A stretch of 64,000 nt of DNA from the human T2T-CHM13v2.0 reference genome, Homo sapiens, in NCBI RefSeq assembly GCF_009914755.1, contig NC_060931.1; one strand, written 5' to 3'. The notes under the pieces are model-generated. The model saw only the letters and a list, made by a program, of their open reading frames with translations, did not search any database and was not told the DNA's origin. Shown piece after piece: positions 1 to 18,429 of this stretch. The position numbers were made by a program, and so were the translations under genes. Numbering within the stretch: position 1 is the first letter of the stretch; every line of letters begins with the position of its first letter.

Positions 1-256
<256 letters not shown>

Positions 257-989
257 TGATAAAGCAGTCAAGGAATTACTCTGAGTTGGGGTTTCAGAGA
301 TAGGCATGTAGAAAAGCAAAGAGTCTTTCAGGTGGAAGGAACTACAAGACAAAGGCCATATCCCTTTCTTTTCTGTTGCATCAGCTCTGAAACTCTCCAC
401 AACTATGGATTAACCAAATTTTGCTTTCTCCACTCTTACAAGTTACTGCTAGTAACAACATAAACTTAGATTTTTAAATTCCGAATGTGTTCTTAAAGCT
501 CCTTGACAATCTTTTCTACTCATTCTAGGTTACAAAGGTTCTTCTAGCATTTGAAAACTGGATATTTCAACTTTTTTCCCACTCTTTTGTAGTTCCTTCT
601 CTTACTTACATCCCTTCCCTTCATCATAATAGAGAAAACAAAAGCCATCAAACAACTTTTCTGCTCTAATATCTATAACTATTTGCATATTAATATTAGC
701 TATAATTTCTGAATTCTTATTATGTACCAGGCATAATAAGCAATTCAAACCACTATGGAAGGCAAACACTACTAGCCCCAGGATTAAATAATTTGCCCAA
801 CATCACACAGTCTGTAAAGAGTTACAGAGCTGGCTATGTCCATCTTTAATTCTTCACAGTCTCTGAGAGACATAATTTCCAAGCTCAAGGAATTTTACTA
901 CATCAATCATTTCCTCTCTTGTTATCTTCAATTTCTCTTCACTGCCTTCTTCCTCTCCAGTTACAAATATACTAATGTCTCTTACATTA

Positions 990-1350
<361 letters not shown>

Positions 1351-2041
1351 CTATCCTCTTTTGTCATTCCTTCACAGCCAAGCTTCTCAAAATTAACACT
1401 TAATCCTACTTCCTCACCTGCTGCCTTCTCCTCTTACTGGCCCTCTAAAACAGCTCTCAATGAAGTAAAGATGACATTTCAATTGCCAAAATTGATAGTC
1501 CTTTCAGTCTTTATCTCATTTGAATCGTAATGGCAACTGACACCAACTACTTTGGTATTCTTGAAACCCCTTTTCTTCCTTTGGCTTCTGCAACACTTGT
1601 TCTTAGTTATCTGGGGCTAGACTTAGGAAGAGCCAGCCCATAAAGGAGACAGAGAGTCTCTGCCTGCACCTCCAATGTTAATGTTTATCAGGGTTACATT
1701 TTCTCCCCTTTTCAATTTACATATGCTCTTTGAGCAATTTACATCCATGGCTTTAACTGACATAAATATGCTAATTACTCCTAAATCTGTATCTCTACTC
1801 AAGGTCCTTATATCCAACTGCTACTGGATTTCTAAACCTGAAAGTCCCACAGGCATCTTAAAGTCAATATATGCCCCCAAAAAGCTAAAATTGCTGCTTC
1901 TGCAAACCTTGTTTTCCTTTGGTATTTAACAAACTGTGCTATTTACCAGAAACTCGGTCTATAAGCTAAGTATCTATAAGCCAGAAACCTGGCATTATCC
2001 TCTACTTCTCATATTTTTCACTCCTCTCCTCTACTACAAAA

Positions 2042-2275
2042 CAGTATAGTGGTTAAGTGTAAGAGAGAAAGGCCAGGTTTGAACCCACTTCAGTAATTTA
2101 TCAGCAGTGTAATCTGGGTATGTTTCTTAACCTCTGTAAATCTAATTTTCTTAACAGTAAAATAAAGATAATCATAGTACATAACCTATGAGTTTTTATG
2201 AGGATGAAATAAGAAAGTCTACGTAAAGCACTTAGCATAGTACCTGTATGTAATAAGTATTCATAAATAGTAGTC
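2042..2275 (+). mobile_element. MIR, set among old L2 fragments (~1330-3450)
   Basis: MIR core-like ttcttaacctctgt...aaaataaagataat...gtaaagcacttagcatagtacctg. Confidence 0.7.
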
Positions 2276-3817
2276 ATTTTCAACATGATTCCTAAGACTC
2301 TTACCACTAATTCACTAATTCATAGTCTCCCTCCCCAAAACACACTCTTTCTCAGCACCAATGCTATTACTTGAGTTTAAATATCATTTCTTGTCTGAAA
2401 TACTGTAAAAACCACATTATTGACAGTCCTGCCTCTATGTGTTTCCCATTTCATCTATCCTCCACTCTACCATCAAAGATTTTTCTAAAATATAGAGCTG
2501 ATGACTTCCTCTCCCAATCAAAATTCTTCAGATTCCCTAGCACTGCTTTAGATTTCAGAGTAATACACAAAGCCTTTCACTGTAGATATTACCTGCCTAG
2601 TTTCACCTTCCACCATTCCCCAAGCCTTCTCCTGGACCCTAAACTTCAATATCAACTATTAATTACATTCCATGTAAAGGCACTTCTATGCCTTTCATTT
2701 CCTTAACAAATGACTTTCCTAACCCCCTTATGTAGTGTACTCCTACTTATTCACCATAATCTGGCTTAAAGGTTGTCCCTTCTCTGCTCAATGTTCCTAG
2801 ATCCAACCAGATGGAGTTTATTACCCCCTTCTCTAAACTACCATTATATATTTTGTAATTATCTATTTAAATGTTTGATTCACCTATTAGACTGTGACTT
2901 CCTTGAGGGCAAAGGCCATGTGCTAATTCATAAATAATTCCCAATTGCCTAACACAATGCATAGCCCACAGTTATTAGTAAATCTTTTTAATGGAATCAT
3001 AAGTGCTTGAACATGAATAAAAATGCTAAAGAGTTTGCACTTTACCTTGTAATCAACAGTAAGTCACTAAAAGTTTTGGAACAAGAGAACAGATGATGCT
3101 AGAAGTGTAAAAAAATTCTGACAGTTGCAGAAGGAATGGAAATAGATAGAGAGAAATCAATGGCAGAAAATCTATTTAGGAGATTAATGTAGTATATAAT
3201 TCAAGTGAAAAAATATGGGCCCAAATGGCAGCGGTAATAAGTAAAAACCAGTTTGAGATGCACATGAAAAGGTGATACCCTGTGACTGGTTACGAGAGAG
3301 GATGAAAAGGCAAGATACAAAGATGACACTCTAAATGAAGCCCAACATACCAGGGAACAGTGGTAACAATCAGAGAAAAAGGGAATAGTCTAAAAGGATG
3401 ATAGTTTTCAAAGTAAAGATGAAGGTTGCAATTTTGGACAGACTGAGAACAACCCTAACCTGGACATATGGTTTGATTTCTTATATCACATTCTCCTTTT
3501 CCCCTTTCTTCCTTTGTTTTTAGGTCTTGCTAGATAGAGGTGAACCTTGCTAGTTAAGGAAAACTAGTACTAGAAAAAAGTCACTTAAAATGAACCCAAT
3601 AAAAATAGAGAAAATTTCTTAGTAAAAAGTGGGAAGAAAGTCTGATTTGCAAATTTACCTAAAATTACAAAATTAAAATTTATAAGTTTTTCTTTTATAT
3701 TAATATTTAATAAAATTTATAGTTTCAATTATATGCTAATTTTAAAATAAACACAGAAAAAATCAAGTTTTTGTTGGTCATAATGCCAAGCTTATGATAG
3801 CACAAATTGAAATTCTT

Positions 3818-4106
3818 TTCTTTTGAGACAGGGTCTCACTCTGTTGCTCAGGCTGGAGTGCAGTGGTGCAAACATAGCTCACTGCAGCCTTGACCTCCTG
3901 GGCTCAAGCAATCCTCCCACCTCACCCTCCAGAGTAGCTGGGACTACAGGCATGCCTCACCATGCATGGCTAATTTGTTTTACTTTTGGTAGAGATGGGG
4001 TCTCACTATGTTGCCTAGGCTGGTCTCTAACTTCTGGGTCAAGCGTTCCACCCATCTTGGCCTCCCAAAGTGTTGGGATTACAGGCATGAGCCACTATGC
4101 CTGGCC
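3818..4106 (-). mobile_element. AluJ
   Basis: AluJ-type ctcctgggctcaagcaatcctccc; TSD tgaaattctt. Confidence 0.92.
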
Positions 4107-4470
4107 TGAAATTCTTAATTTCATATCCACCTCTTATAGCACAATCATAATCATTTTTATAAAAGTTTTAAAGAACTTAATTCTGTCAAGGGCTTCTATC
4201 AGTCCTTTGATATTTAAACCATTTTCATTTGAAGATGACTTTTATAGAGATGGTATCATAAGGGAAAAAAATCAGAGTGACTGTATAACCTGGAGTCAGT
4301 GAAATATTTAATGTCATCAGAGAGAAACCAGAAGCTTTTCTGATTTGTGATTCACAAGAAGCTTATCACTTAAAATAACTGTGATAAATGAAAAATGGCA
4401 CTTATTTCTGATCTAAGTTATAATTATAGCAGAAAAATAAAGATACATACTTGGTTTTTTTTTAGTTCTA

Positions 4471-4662
<192 letters not shown>

Positions 4663-5301
4663 TCATTGGAAGATAAGATTCAGAGTAACGATATAAAGGT
4701 AATAATATTTAAAAAGGAAGATAAAAGGATTTTCTTGTTTTTATATTCTCAAAATCATTAAAGCATTAAAAACCTAGCAGTAATGACTTTTAAAAGTATT
4801 AATTTAAAAATCCAATACTGCCAAAGCTGCTTTGCTCAAGTAGGCCCTCCAGGAACTATCAATGATAAGACCACTGATTCTTACCTGGAAAACACTAGGG
4901 AAATTTACTTATGGCTAGAAATTACCTGTGGCCATCAACTGAAGAAGTTCAACCTTTGAAGTTATATAAAAATGCTCTGAGAATGACTGAATATAATTTG
5001 CCATTTTTTTCTAACATTGTCTTGACATCTGAATTTACTAAAATGAAAATTTTACATATTAAGAAATTATAAATATTTTGAGAATACAAATGCATATTTC
5101 AGGACCTGAATGATGTACTTGTTCCTTTACAGGAGTTGAATGAAAATCCAGAACAATATTGAAAAATCCTTTTCAAATTCAGAAGATGATCCTCAGAGTG
5201 CCAATATCTCTCATATTCTGGATTTTTTATCATGCCCATTATTGATAACAGAGACACAAGAGAATCATATATTAACCACTAAAGCAAATATTTTTGAAAA
5301 C

Positions 5302-5371
5302 TGCTATTTGGAAAACCACCAAAATGTTACATTTGTATGCTATTTGGAAAATCACCAAAATATGTTACATA
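5302..5371. repeat. ~36-bp imperfect tandem duplication
   Basis: tgctatttggaaaa(c/t)caccaaaat(at)gttacat occurs twice. Confidence 0.85.
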
Positions 5372-6236
5372 CCTATTTCGGTATGGTAGCTAAATAACAT
5401 AGTCTATGATATCTCACCCTAAAATGAACCTGGCACTCACAGAGAACACTAAAGTTTTGAGACTAGATTGTAAACACTTGGAAGGATGTAGCCCCTCAGA
5501 AAGGGTATCCTAGGAGTGGGGAAATGAGTGTCACTTGATAGATGAGGTAAGCTGTCTCACTTAACTCCATCAGGACCAATGAATGGCTAAGTGCCAATAA
5601 GCTCTCTTCACATATTGGTTATCATTCCACCCTATTTTATGCAAACTAATTATTAGTGGTTACTAAGACACAGCTAGAAAGACAATGTTGAGGGAATAAA
5701 AAGACACTTTTGTGAGACGTGAGGAATGGGAAAAAAATATAGTAGGAAAGGAATGAATAAAGGTTTGAAGAGCCAAGGAAGCCTAACAGTGAAAGTCAGT
5801 CTCTGAATAAAACATGTCAGAATCTGAACCACACCAGTTCACAATTTTACTTCTTTGAAGCATATTATTAAAGATAAGGAAAGAAGTTTTGACTTCATGT
5901 GTTTATATTAATGAAATGAATCCACTTAGAATTGATATGCAAATAATAAAATACTATGTACTAAAAAAAAATTGGTATCGGCTCAATGAGAATTATAGGT
6001 AAGAAACAAGCCTTTAGGAAAATTAGCATGTTCCATCTAGGTCCTTTTTATTTTTTCTGATTATTGAGAAACTTTTGGTTTCTGACAGAGCTGTCTTTAT
6101 TTTTGCTTTAGGTAGCCAAATATATGTCTATAGCTAGAAAATTTTAGGAGCAGGAAAAAGAATGCAAAAATGACATTAGTCAATAAAGTTTTAGAAAGGG
6201 CACTGACTGACTGACAACCATTTACAGGCTGATTTA

Positions 6237-6545
<309 letters not shown>

Positions 6546-8443
6546 GGCTTAAAATTGGAAAAAGTATGAATAACTAGAATTGCATAAGATAGTCTACTGT
6601 AATAATTGATCTGGGATAGGCAGAGATGGCAGTAAGTCACTTCTGAAACTCACCAAGTTAGGAATATGACAGAAACATGTAGTAGATAACAAATCAGAGT
6701 TAAGTATGCAAAAGACATTGGTCCAGAAGAAAAACAAAAACCAGATTTAATCTAAGACACTTCACTATCATATCTAAAGAATGTATATATTAGAAAATGA
6801 TGATATCTGCGTATTATACAAAATCAGAGAAACTCAATTTGGTAGTTGGTATCTAATAGTTGTGTCTTGGTCCACCAAGTCAACTTCTCTAGCTTTCAGG
6901 GCAAGTACAAGGGAACACTTGAAGTGATCATAATCTGATGTCATTGAATATCTCAGCCATGTCCTAATTCTATGCTTAACGAAAACAGTCTTCTGATTAT
7001 AATTTGATTTCCCATAAATCTCTTACAAAAGAAGAGTGAGTGGTGGCGCACACAACACAAGAAGTCTAATTTACATAACAGGTATATTTTTCACTGAAAA
7101 ATATTACCTGGTATCCTGATTCAATTTTTTTTCTGATTTCAGTTAATACAAACCAGTATAACTCCCAATCTCATCATTTCTGGGAATCGATAAAATTACA
7201 TTACCATACTGGGAAATTTTTCCACTAACCAAGGTAACTTATACCCTATGAAGTATCTTGGCAGTCGGCAAACTGGCTTTCTCCCAATGATACCTGTACC
7301 TATCTTGCAGTAAACCTCTTTAAAGCAGTACCAAATTAAAGACAAAAGGAATTTTAATTATAATACCCTTCAGCAAATTACCAGTTAGTTTAGATCTCAT
7401 TCTTAATCTAGAATATTTAAAAGTTTTGAAAACTTTGGTCTGGTGATACGTACATTTTAAATGTTGACCTCTCACAAATTTATACATTCTACAGCATTTT
7501 TAAAAAGTAGAAAAGGAGGTATCTCTCACTTTGTATTCAAAACTGGGCAATGTATTGCTTCTCCAATATTTCTTGATTACATCCATTATTACACTTGTTT
7601 CATGACCATTATTATTGTTATCAGGACTAGTAACAAACTGCAAAAGAGTTTTGATACTGAACAAGATTGGCTTCTATCTTTACAGAGACAACCATATGGA
7701 GTTATGTCATAAAAACATCAGGAAAATGACTTACAGACAAGTTTGAACATCTTATCATTTGCTCAAGATCAGAATATATTTCAGTTCAGTTACCAATAAA
7801 ATATTCATGGCACAGGCAAATGGTTTCTTAATTTTAAGATAGCATTCCTTCACTGGAAGGCAAATGTCCTGGATCATTACCATTATAAACCTTCAGAGAG
7901 GCCAAGCTAATTTCATTAGGGTGTTTTATAACTGCTCACAGAACTGGGACCTGCCATTAGAAAGGCATCATGGTCTACAGAATCTGTCAGGAGAAAATAT
8001 TATAACCAAAAGATTAATTAAAAACCAACCAAATAATAACATTTTGATTTGACCATCTAAAAAAAACACAGCTGCACACAAGTAGTGATAGAGCCAACGG
8101 GAATAAAATGACTCCACTAGAAGAGATAACTGCTACAACCTGACAAGAGAACACAACGGCTGCATTTTCCAGTGTTCCAAATAGGTAAGTATACTCACTG
8201 CTTAAGACAAAATTCTTTTGCAAAATTTTCTAACCCATGAGATCACCAGAAAGGTTGGCTTTGTAAAAATTACAAAGTTGTACTGAAAATGTCAACTGAT
8301 TTTGAAAAGATTTCTCTAGGTAGAAATCTGAAGAAATGGCATTACACTGTGAAGAGTGGGAGGAAGTAGGGTTAAAACTGACAATAAATATTTCTAATCT
8401 TAACATCTCAGGAATATTCTAGGACAGAATGCTGTATGGGGAC

Positions 8444-8752
8444 TTTTTTTTTCTTTTTTTTTTTTTTTTTTTTGAGACGGAGTCTTGCTCTGTCACCCAG
8501 GCTGGAATGCAGTGACGTGATCTCGGCCCGCTACAAGCTCCACCTCCTGGGTTCACGCCATCCTCCTGACTCCTGAGTAGCTGGGACTACAGGCACCCGC
8601 CACCACGCCCGGCTAATTTTGTTTTTGTATTTTTAGTAGAGACGGGGTTTCACTGTGTTAGCCAGGATGGTCATGATCTCCCGACCTCGTGATCCGCCTG
8701 CCTCGGCCTCCCAAAGTGCTGGGATTACAGGAGTGAGCCACCGCGCCCGGCC
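8444..8752 (-). mobile_element. AluY-like
   Basis: AluY diagnostics (gttcacgcca, gttagccaggatggtc); poly(T) on both sides. Confidence 0.92.
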
Positions 8753-8863
8753 TTTTTTTTTTTTTTTTTTTTTAAAGCATGTGCTTCCAGACGCAGCCTA
8801 AATAACGCTGCCCCAAATTCAATGTGAAAGAGTACACAGACCTGTGTCAGAAATGTTCCAAAG

Positions 8864-8946
8864 CTAATTAGGTGCAGTGTCTCACGCCTGTAATTCTAGC
8901 AGTTTGGGAGGCTGAGGCAGGAAGATCACCTGAGGCCAGGAGTTCG
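8864..8946 (+). mobile_element. Tailless Alu left-arm fragment with 15-bp direct repeats
   Basis: agaaatgttccaaag at 8849-8863 and 8947-8961; Alu sequence stops at ...gagttcg with no poly(A). Confidence 0.85.
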
Positions 8947-9027
8947 AGAAATGTTCCAAAGTAAACTGATACCCACTTAACTCATCTTTATTGTGTCTTC
9001 CTTTTTATTTCCTACTATGAAGCTTAA

Positions 9028-9344
<317 letters not shown>

Positions 9345-10106
9345 GCCTTTGCATTATTTTTAAAGTCACTTCTCAGCTTTATCCTCAACTGATTAATAAT
9401 ACTGTTCATTTTTTTCTTTTACGCTTTATGAATATCTATCCCTTTTCCATACTTCTAGCACTTGAACTTGTCTTCACTGCCTCTCTCAGTTTTCACTACC
9501 AACAACATCCTAGGTTGGCCTTCTTCACCCTAAATTTTCTGTCAATCCATCTGTATTTCACTGCTAATTGATTTTTTCTTTAAAGCCATTTTCATCAAGT
9601 TAGTAATCTGCTTAAAGACCTTTAAGTCTAAATTCTGGCCTCAATTCCAAGACTCTCCATAATCTGGTTTTACACATGGTAGTTCTTAAGTTAGATAAAC
9701 CTTTCTTCACTAGCTTCTAAACCTAACATCTTCATTCCCTTTATATCTGTTTATTCCCTTTATATCTGTTGTTTCTCCATTCCCCTTTCACCATGCTTCT
9801 ATTCCCTAGGCCCGTTCAGATTGTAGTAATTCTTTAAAGTCTAGTTCAAATACCACCTTCTTCATTAAGTTTTCCTGAGCACTCTCTTTTTCCTCACTAT
9901 TCTTCCTTCTGTAAACATGAATACATTTATGTCCTCATCACATACTTCAATATACTCCATCATAAATTGTAGATTATAATTATATACTATTTTTACATTG
10001 TTTGCCATTGTCTCACATATCAATGCTTCTTCATAAGTGGAAGTCATATACTTCTATACCTAATAAAAGATGAACTCAAGGTGTAGACTCAAAATGATCT
10101 GTTGCA

Positions 10107-10697
<591 letters not shown>

Positions 10698-11603
10698 CTA
10701 ACTTGTGCAAAACCCAGAAGCTTCATATACCAAAATACATAGTTAACCAAAAAAACTGAGATCAAATTCCATTCTCAGAAACAACTGTTAAAATTCAATT
10801 AGTTGTATTTTTGTCTAAAGGCTTATTTTAAAAAAAATTGTATTGCACTTTCAAAGGCATGCTTATAACTTAAAACTAATCATTCAGTTCAGCAAATTTC
10901 TACATACTACAAGATGAAAATCATGCTTTATGGTTAAAGAATGAGAATAAAAAGTATCTACTGTAAATTAGGTGACATTATAATTTACTTAAAGTACAGA
11001 GTTAAGTTTTATTTGCTCAGGTGATCAAGAAAAGTAAGACTTTAACAGCAGCAGCACCAATGACACAAAAAGAGATAATAGACTCAGTCTAATCTATTAG
11101 AAAAACTGGCATACAGCAAAGAGAAATTTTAGAAAGAGATATATACTGGATACAAAAATTTTACATCTTACTCAAATAAATTGGGGGAAGGGAGCTGAAT
11201 GGGGATGAAGGAGAGAGAGGAAGAATATAAACGTAATTTACAAAATAGCTAACAGAATCAGACTACCTGATCTGTGGTACAAAATCATAATGCTTAATTT
11301 AATTGAAACAACTCTCCCTCTCCTCCTAGAAACTATCCAAAAATGGTTTCTATGGGTTAGGGGTCTTGATTAATTAAACGATAATATAAAATATAAATTA
11401 ACTGTATAGCTGAACCAGCATTACAATTTGGGAGAGAAATACTGTCCATTCCACATATTATTCTCTAACTACACTTAAAAAAAATTCTCTATAACAATCG
11501 TATGGAAGAAAAACCCTCACAGACTTTTAGACATCGTAGCTTCACATTAAGAAAATTTAAGTGTAAAATGGTAGGTAGAAAAGAGATATTTTTGGATTAC
11601 TTA

Positions 11604-11768
<165 letters not shown>

Positions 11769-12329
11769 TCACAGAGATTTCAAAAACTCACAAGAAAACT
11801 TTCTAGAAACTGACGTATCTACTCTCTTGTTTAAAATAACAAAGTTGTAATATATTTATATCATGAAACTCACATACTAAAGTACTATTATAAAATGAAA
11901 ACCGGGGGTTCAAGATAATAGATGGACTACACATATTTATTTCCCACCCCACTATCTAACTTAAAAACCCAGAAGTTAAAAAATGAGAAATGAGTAAAAG
12001 GCTGGCAACTGATTTCAAGCTTGACAACATAAAAGTAAAAGTAGACATGAAAAGGAGGAGGAAACAGAGGTGAAAGGAAGAAGCCTATACTTTAATTATC
12101 ATACAAAGAAGGGAGGTTAAGAAATGCCGACTGGTGTTGACGGAACAAGAAAGGCATATATTAAAGTTACAAAGGCACCCAATAGAAGAACCAAAAAACT
12201 ACTAATAAAAATATTGGGGGAGAGGAGGGAGAGGAAGAACTATAAATGAGCTAATTCCTTATACAATCAGTAATCAGTATATGATATCTAAAGTTAATAA
12301 AGCAAGAAATTGTGGCTAAAAGATAATTG

Positions 12330-13430
12330 CAGTCATGTGTCACATAATGACACTTCAGTTAATCATGGACTTCATACCACAGTGGTCCCATAAGATTATA
12401 AAGGAGTTGAATAATTCCTATTGCCTAGTGATACCTTGAAGATCCTGACCTTGTGTAGACCTAGGCTAATGTGTATGTTTGTGTCTTTTTTTTTTTTTTT
12501 TTTTTTTTGAGACAGAGTCTGGCTCTGTCGCCCAGGCTGGAGTGCTGTGGCACGATCTCGGCTCACTGCAACCTCCACCTCCTGGTTCAAGTGATTCTCC
12601 TGCTTCAGCCTCCCGAGCAGCTGGGACCACAGGCACATGCCACTAGGCCTGGCTAATTTTCCTATTTTTTATTAGAGGAAGGGTTTCACCATGTTGACCA
12701 GGCTGGTCTTGAACTCCTGACCTCAGGTGATGCGTCTGCCTAGGCCTCCTCAAGTGCTGGGATTACAAACATGAGCCACCGTGTGCAGCTTGTGTCTTCA
12801 TTTTTAACAGAAAAGTTTAAAAAGTAAAAAAGAAAAATTAAAAATTTTTAAAATAGAAGTTTATAGAATAAGCACATAAAATATTTTTGTATAGCTATAT
12901 AATGTTTTTAAACTTTTGAAACTGTTATTTCAAGAGTCAAAAAGTTAAAAAAAATTAAACCTTAGTTTAATGTAAATTTTTTACTTTATAAACTTTTTAA
13001 AAAGAAAAATTTTAAAACTGTACTGTAGCCTAAGTGTACAATGTTTATCATAAAAGTCTACAGTAACAAATAGTAATGTCCTACGCCTTCACATTCACTC
13101 ACCACTCACTCACCAGAGCAATTTCCAGTCCTAAAAGCTCTGTTCATATTAGGTATCCTACACAGGTAGACCATTTTTGATCTTTTATACTGTATTTTTA
13201 CTGTACCTTTTCTACGTTTAGATACACAAACTTGCCACTGTGTTAAGGTTACCTACAGCATTCAGTTCAGTAACATTCCGTGCAGGTTATTAGCTTAGAA
13301 GCAATAGGCTCTACCATATAGCCTAGTTGTATAGTTAGGCTATACCATGTAGGCTTGTGTAAGCACATAACAAAATCACCATTGATGCATTTCTCAGAAC
13401 ATATCCCAGTCATCAGGCAATGTGTAACTG
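12330..13430 (-). mobile_element. Tigger3/Golem-type DNA transposon, interrupted by an Alu
   Basis: Termini cagtcatg... and ...gcatttctcagaacatatccc...taactg. Confidence 0.8.
12486..12790 (-). mobile_element. AluS inside Tigger3
   Basis: Alu reverse complement; TSD tgtgtctt. Confidence 0.95.
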
Positions 13431-14074
13431 TATTTAGTAAGATGAAAATAATCACCAAAAGAGCTTAAAACAGAAACCATTAAAAATTAACAGTGAATTC
13501 CTCCAGAGTGGAATTGGGGGTGGGAGGGAGAGAGACTATAAATACAATCTACATAATAGCTAAAACAAAAACAAAAACAAAATAGCTGACAGAATCAGAA
13601 CCCCTGATCTATGGTCCAAAAACATAATGGTTAACTTTGGATAAAAATGTAAAAACAATTATTTATAAAACTAGTAAGTAATCATATGAAAATTGAAACA
13701 GCTCTTCCTAATCTTACTAAAAAAAATAAGAAACAGAAAAATCACCTAAAAGACAATAAGATCTATTTTTTCTAACAAATGATCAATTTCTTAGAGGATT
13801 AGAATGTTTGGGCCACATAAACTTATTTGTGAACACTTCTCTAGGTGAAACTTAGAAGGCAACATGTTAAGAATTCCATGTCAAAGGCAAATGATGTAGA
13901 ACATGAGTCACGTAACAGAACTGCACTAGGAAGAATCTATCCCACTAAAGCCAGAAATTGCTTAAAATATATTTATTTAGTGTATATAATAATAAGAAAA
14001 TATAAGAATAAATATCAAAATGTGAGTGGCTACTTCAGAGTGGCGAGAGCATGGGTGACTTCTATTTCATTATT

Positions 14075-14813
<739 letters not shown>

Positions 14814-14971
14814 TTTTTCAGAGTTTTAATCACAAATAATGATATTTTACATTATGACTCCATATATAACTGTATTCATACAACACTACTTACCCTGACT
14901 ATATACAACATGAATTAGAACTTCCTAATCTATTCTGCTACATGTAAATTTTTTTATGATACATTAAATAG

Positions 14972-15290
<319 letters not shown>

Positions 15291-18104
15291 AAAAGTCCAT
15301 TTTCAATACACATTTATTTACACATTCTGTTCCATTAAGAATAGAAAGTTATTGAAAATATTTCAAGAAAATTACATCCTGATATATAATACATTCTGGC
15401 TTTTTGAGGACATTTAGTTTTAAAAGTGACTCTTATTTTCTTCACCTTTTTTCCTATGTATCACTTTCTAGGGGATATAAAACAGGTAAATGTCTATTTC
15501 TAATTGTGTTCTTTTTCCATTTGTCTCTGGATATACAAGAAATTTTAAAATCTTTAAAATTTTTTATGTGGCCATTATTCACCAAACCAAGTAGGTAGGT
15601 GACCAAAACAGCTGAAGGAAAGAAAACATGTGGATATGCATTTGATCATAAATTTTAAGCAATATATGCCTGTATCTGTAAGTATACCTTTGTCAATAAA
15701 GATGAGCACAGGAAGATATATCTTTCTTTTGGGTCACAGCTTACACTTAATCTAGTATCTGAGTATACATAAATATGTATGGCAAATTAGTGAGAGGCAC
15801 AGTCAAGGTAATTTGCATGCATTAATTTGTAAGGTGTGGGGCTGTGTGAAGGAAGACACTGAGTGTCTGCAGAAAAAGGAGAAGGTTTGGATATAAAAGT
15901 TTCAAATCTTGTTTTCCCACTTCCCAGTTCCCAAGGACTCTTGGGATATAGAGAAATACTGAAGGGATTGCTTTTATAATATGAAACCATGAGGCATAAG
16001 CAGCCCTCCTTGAATAGCCAAGCAAAACCCAAGACAGCCAAGAACACTTTTCCTTTCTAAGCAGAACATAGGTTTTTGATCTTGCCTCTATATGGCACTC
16101 AGAGCAATCATTCTAACACACAAATCTAATCACATTTCTCCCCAAGCTTACAACTATTACATTTCTAATTATTTTACAGAAAAATCCAAATCTTTAATAT
16201 GGCTAACAAGGATTTTCATGAGCTGGACTCTGCTTATTCTACCCACAACTCTTATTCTACCCACAATACTGTTAACAACCTACTCTTCAACCTTGTATCA
16301 TCCATTCTGAACTTCTTTCAAAACTTTGAAAGGTAACATGCTTTCTTGCTCTTCCCTCTGTTTAGGGTACTCTTTACTTGATACTTACTTCCTCATCCAT
16401 CAGGCCTAAGCTTAGATATTTCTGTCTCTGAGAAACCTTCCTAACTCCTCAAAAGCCAGGTTAGGAATCTCTGTGCATCTATAGAACTTTATACATATAT
16501 AGTAATTATGAATGTTTATGAAAATTTATTAAATCTTCTCTCTACTCTATGGCAGTGACACTGTCTTATTCATTTGTCATATCCCTAGGTAAGATATGGT
16601 ATTGGCAAATGGAAAGTTCTCAATAAAAATTTACTGGCAGGTATCCAACTGAGTGGTGACAATTTCCATACTCTGGAATCAATCTGCAGTTTGCTTTCAC
16701 AATCCTTCTGTGGCAAGGACCTTCCTGAGGCATCATTTTAATACTATTTTCTCACACTTAGCAACTTAGGTCTTTCTTTTATCTCCTCATATTCAATTTC
16801 TAGCTAAGAAGAATTATTAAGAAACAGAGTAGTAATCACTATGAAATGTATGCTCAACTGTATTTGTATTCTTAAGAACTTAAATAAAAATGTTAAGATT
16901 TATCCACTTAAAATTCAACATGTTAAAAAATTATTTGCTGCACAGTAAAATTTGATTGACATTAGGTGTATCTTACACTTCTCCCAAAAAATGCCTTACA
17001 GAAACACAAACATGATTTCATTATTCACTACTAATGGAGGCTTGAAAGCATAAACCCCAAAGGAAATAATCTAATCAATCATCTGCTTTAAGAGCCCAGC
17101 TGGATTAATCACCAAGACACATGGGAAAACACTTGACGCCTAAAGGGTAGCAGTAATTATCCACCTAGAAAAAACTCTGGCCAAAATTCCATACATAGAG
17201 AAAAGTAAGAAATGTATTCCTGATTCAGAGACAACTTTTGGCTTCTGCCTGCCATTTTAGGGGATAAGTTCTCAAGTTCTATGTAGATCCTCATCTCTAA
17301 GGTGGAAAGGTCCCACATTCCGGGCCTTATGCTGGTGACCCTTAGGCTTATGCTAGGTTCTAGCAAATGCAAAAACCAGACAAAGAAAAAAGCCTCATGG
17401 AGAGTTTAATATCCAGCCATTCTATTTCCATTAACCTATCCTTCAGAAACACAAGGGTGTGTACAAGTGTGTCAAGATATATGCAGAAAGACCTTGTTTA
17501 GCCCTGTATGTAACAGATTTTTTATAATACAAAAACTTAAATGTCTATCAATAGAGAAATGGTTAAATATAATGAATTCCTATTCTTACGAATTATTACA
17601 TAGTCATACTAAAATAAAGCCAGGTATACTGACATGAAAAGATGTCCGTGACATCCTGTTGAATTAAAAAAAAATAAGGCAAAGAATATCACATAGCATG
17701 GCTCTACTTTGATTTAAGAAAGGGAAAAGAAAAGAAAGTAATGAAGGAAAGAGAGAAAAAAAGAAAGGAAAAAACTTTAGGCTTACAGGTACAAGCACAC
17801 GTTTGTGTACACAGAAAAAAGTTTGGAAGACAGAACAATAATCTGTTAATCTAAACAAATGTTGGCCTCTAGGAGGGTATTTTCACTTTTTTTACTTGAC
17901 ATACTTCTGCACTATTCAAAATTATCTTTTAACAATGCATACATTTTACTTTTTTAAATTAAAAAGAAAGTATAAAGATTAAAATTAAACTCTTGTTTAA
18001 ATACAAGTTTTTAAAGAAAACAACTGATTTCAACTCAGGTAAAATGTCAGTTCCAAAATTACTCATCCATATTTCACATTCCCTAAATAAAAATTCATTC
18101 ATTA

Positions 18105-18398
<294 letters not shown>

Positions 18399-18429
18399 TT
18401 AAATGGCAATAAATTAATTTTAAGTTTAC

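Noticed and set aside
15811-15818. Octamer motif ATTTGCAT in apparently unique sequence
   Set aside because: A single 8-mer is expected by chance in 64 kb of AT-rich DNA
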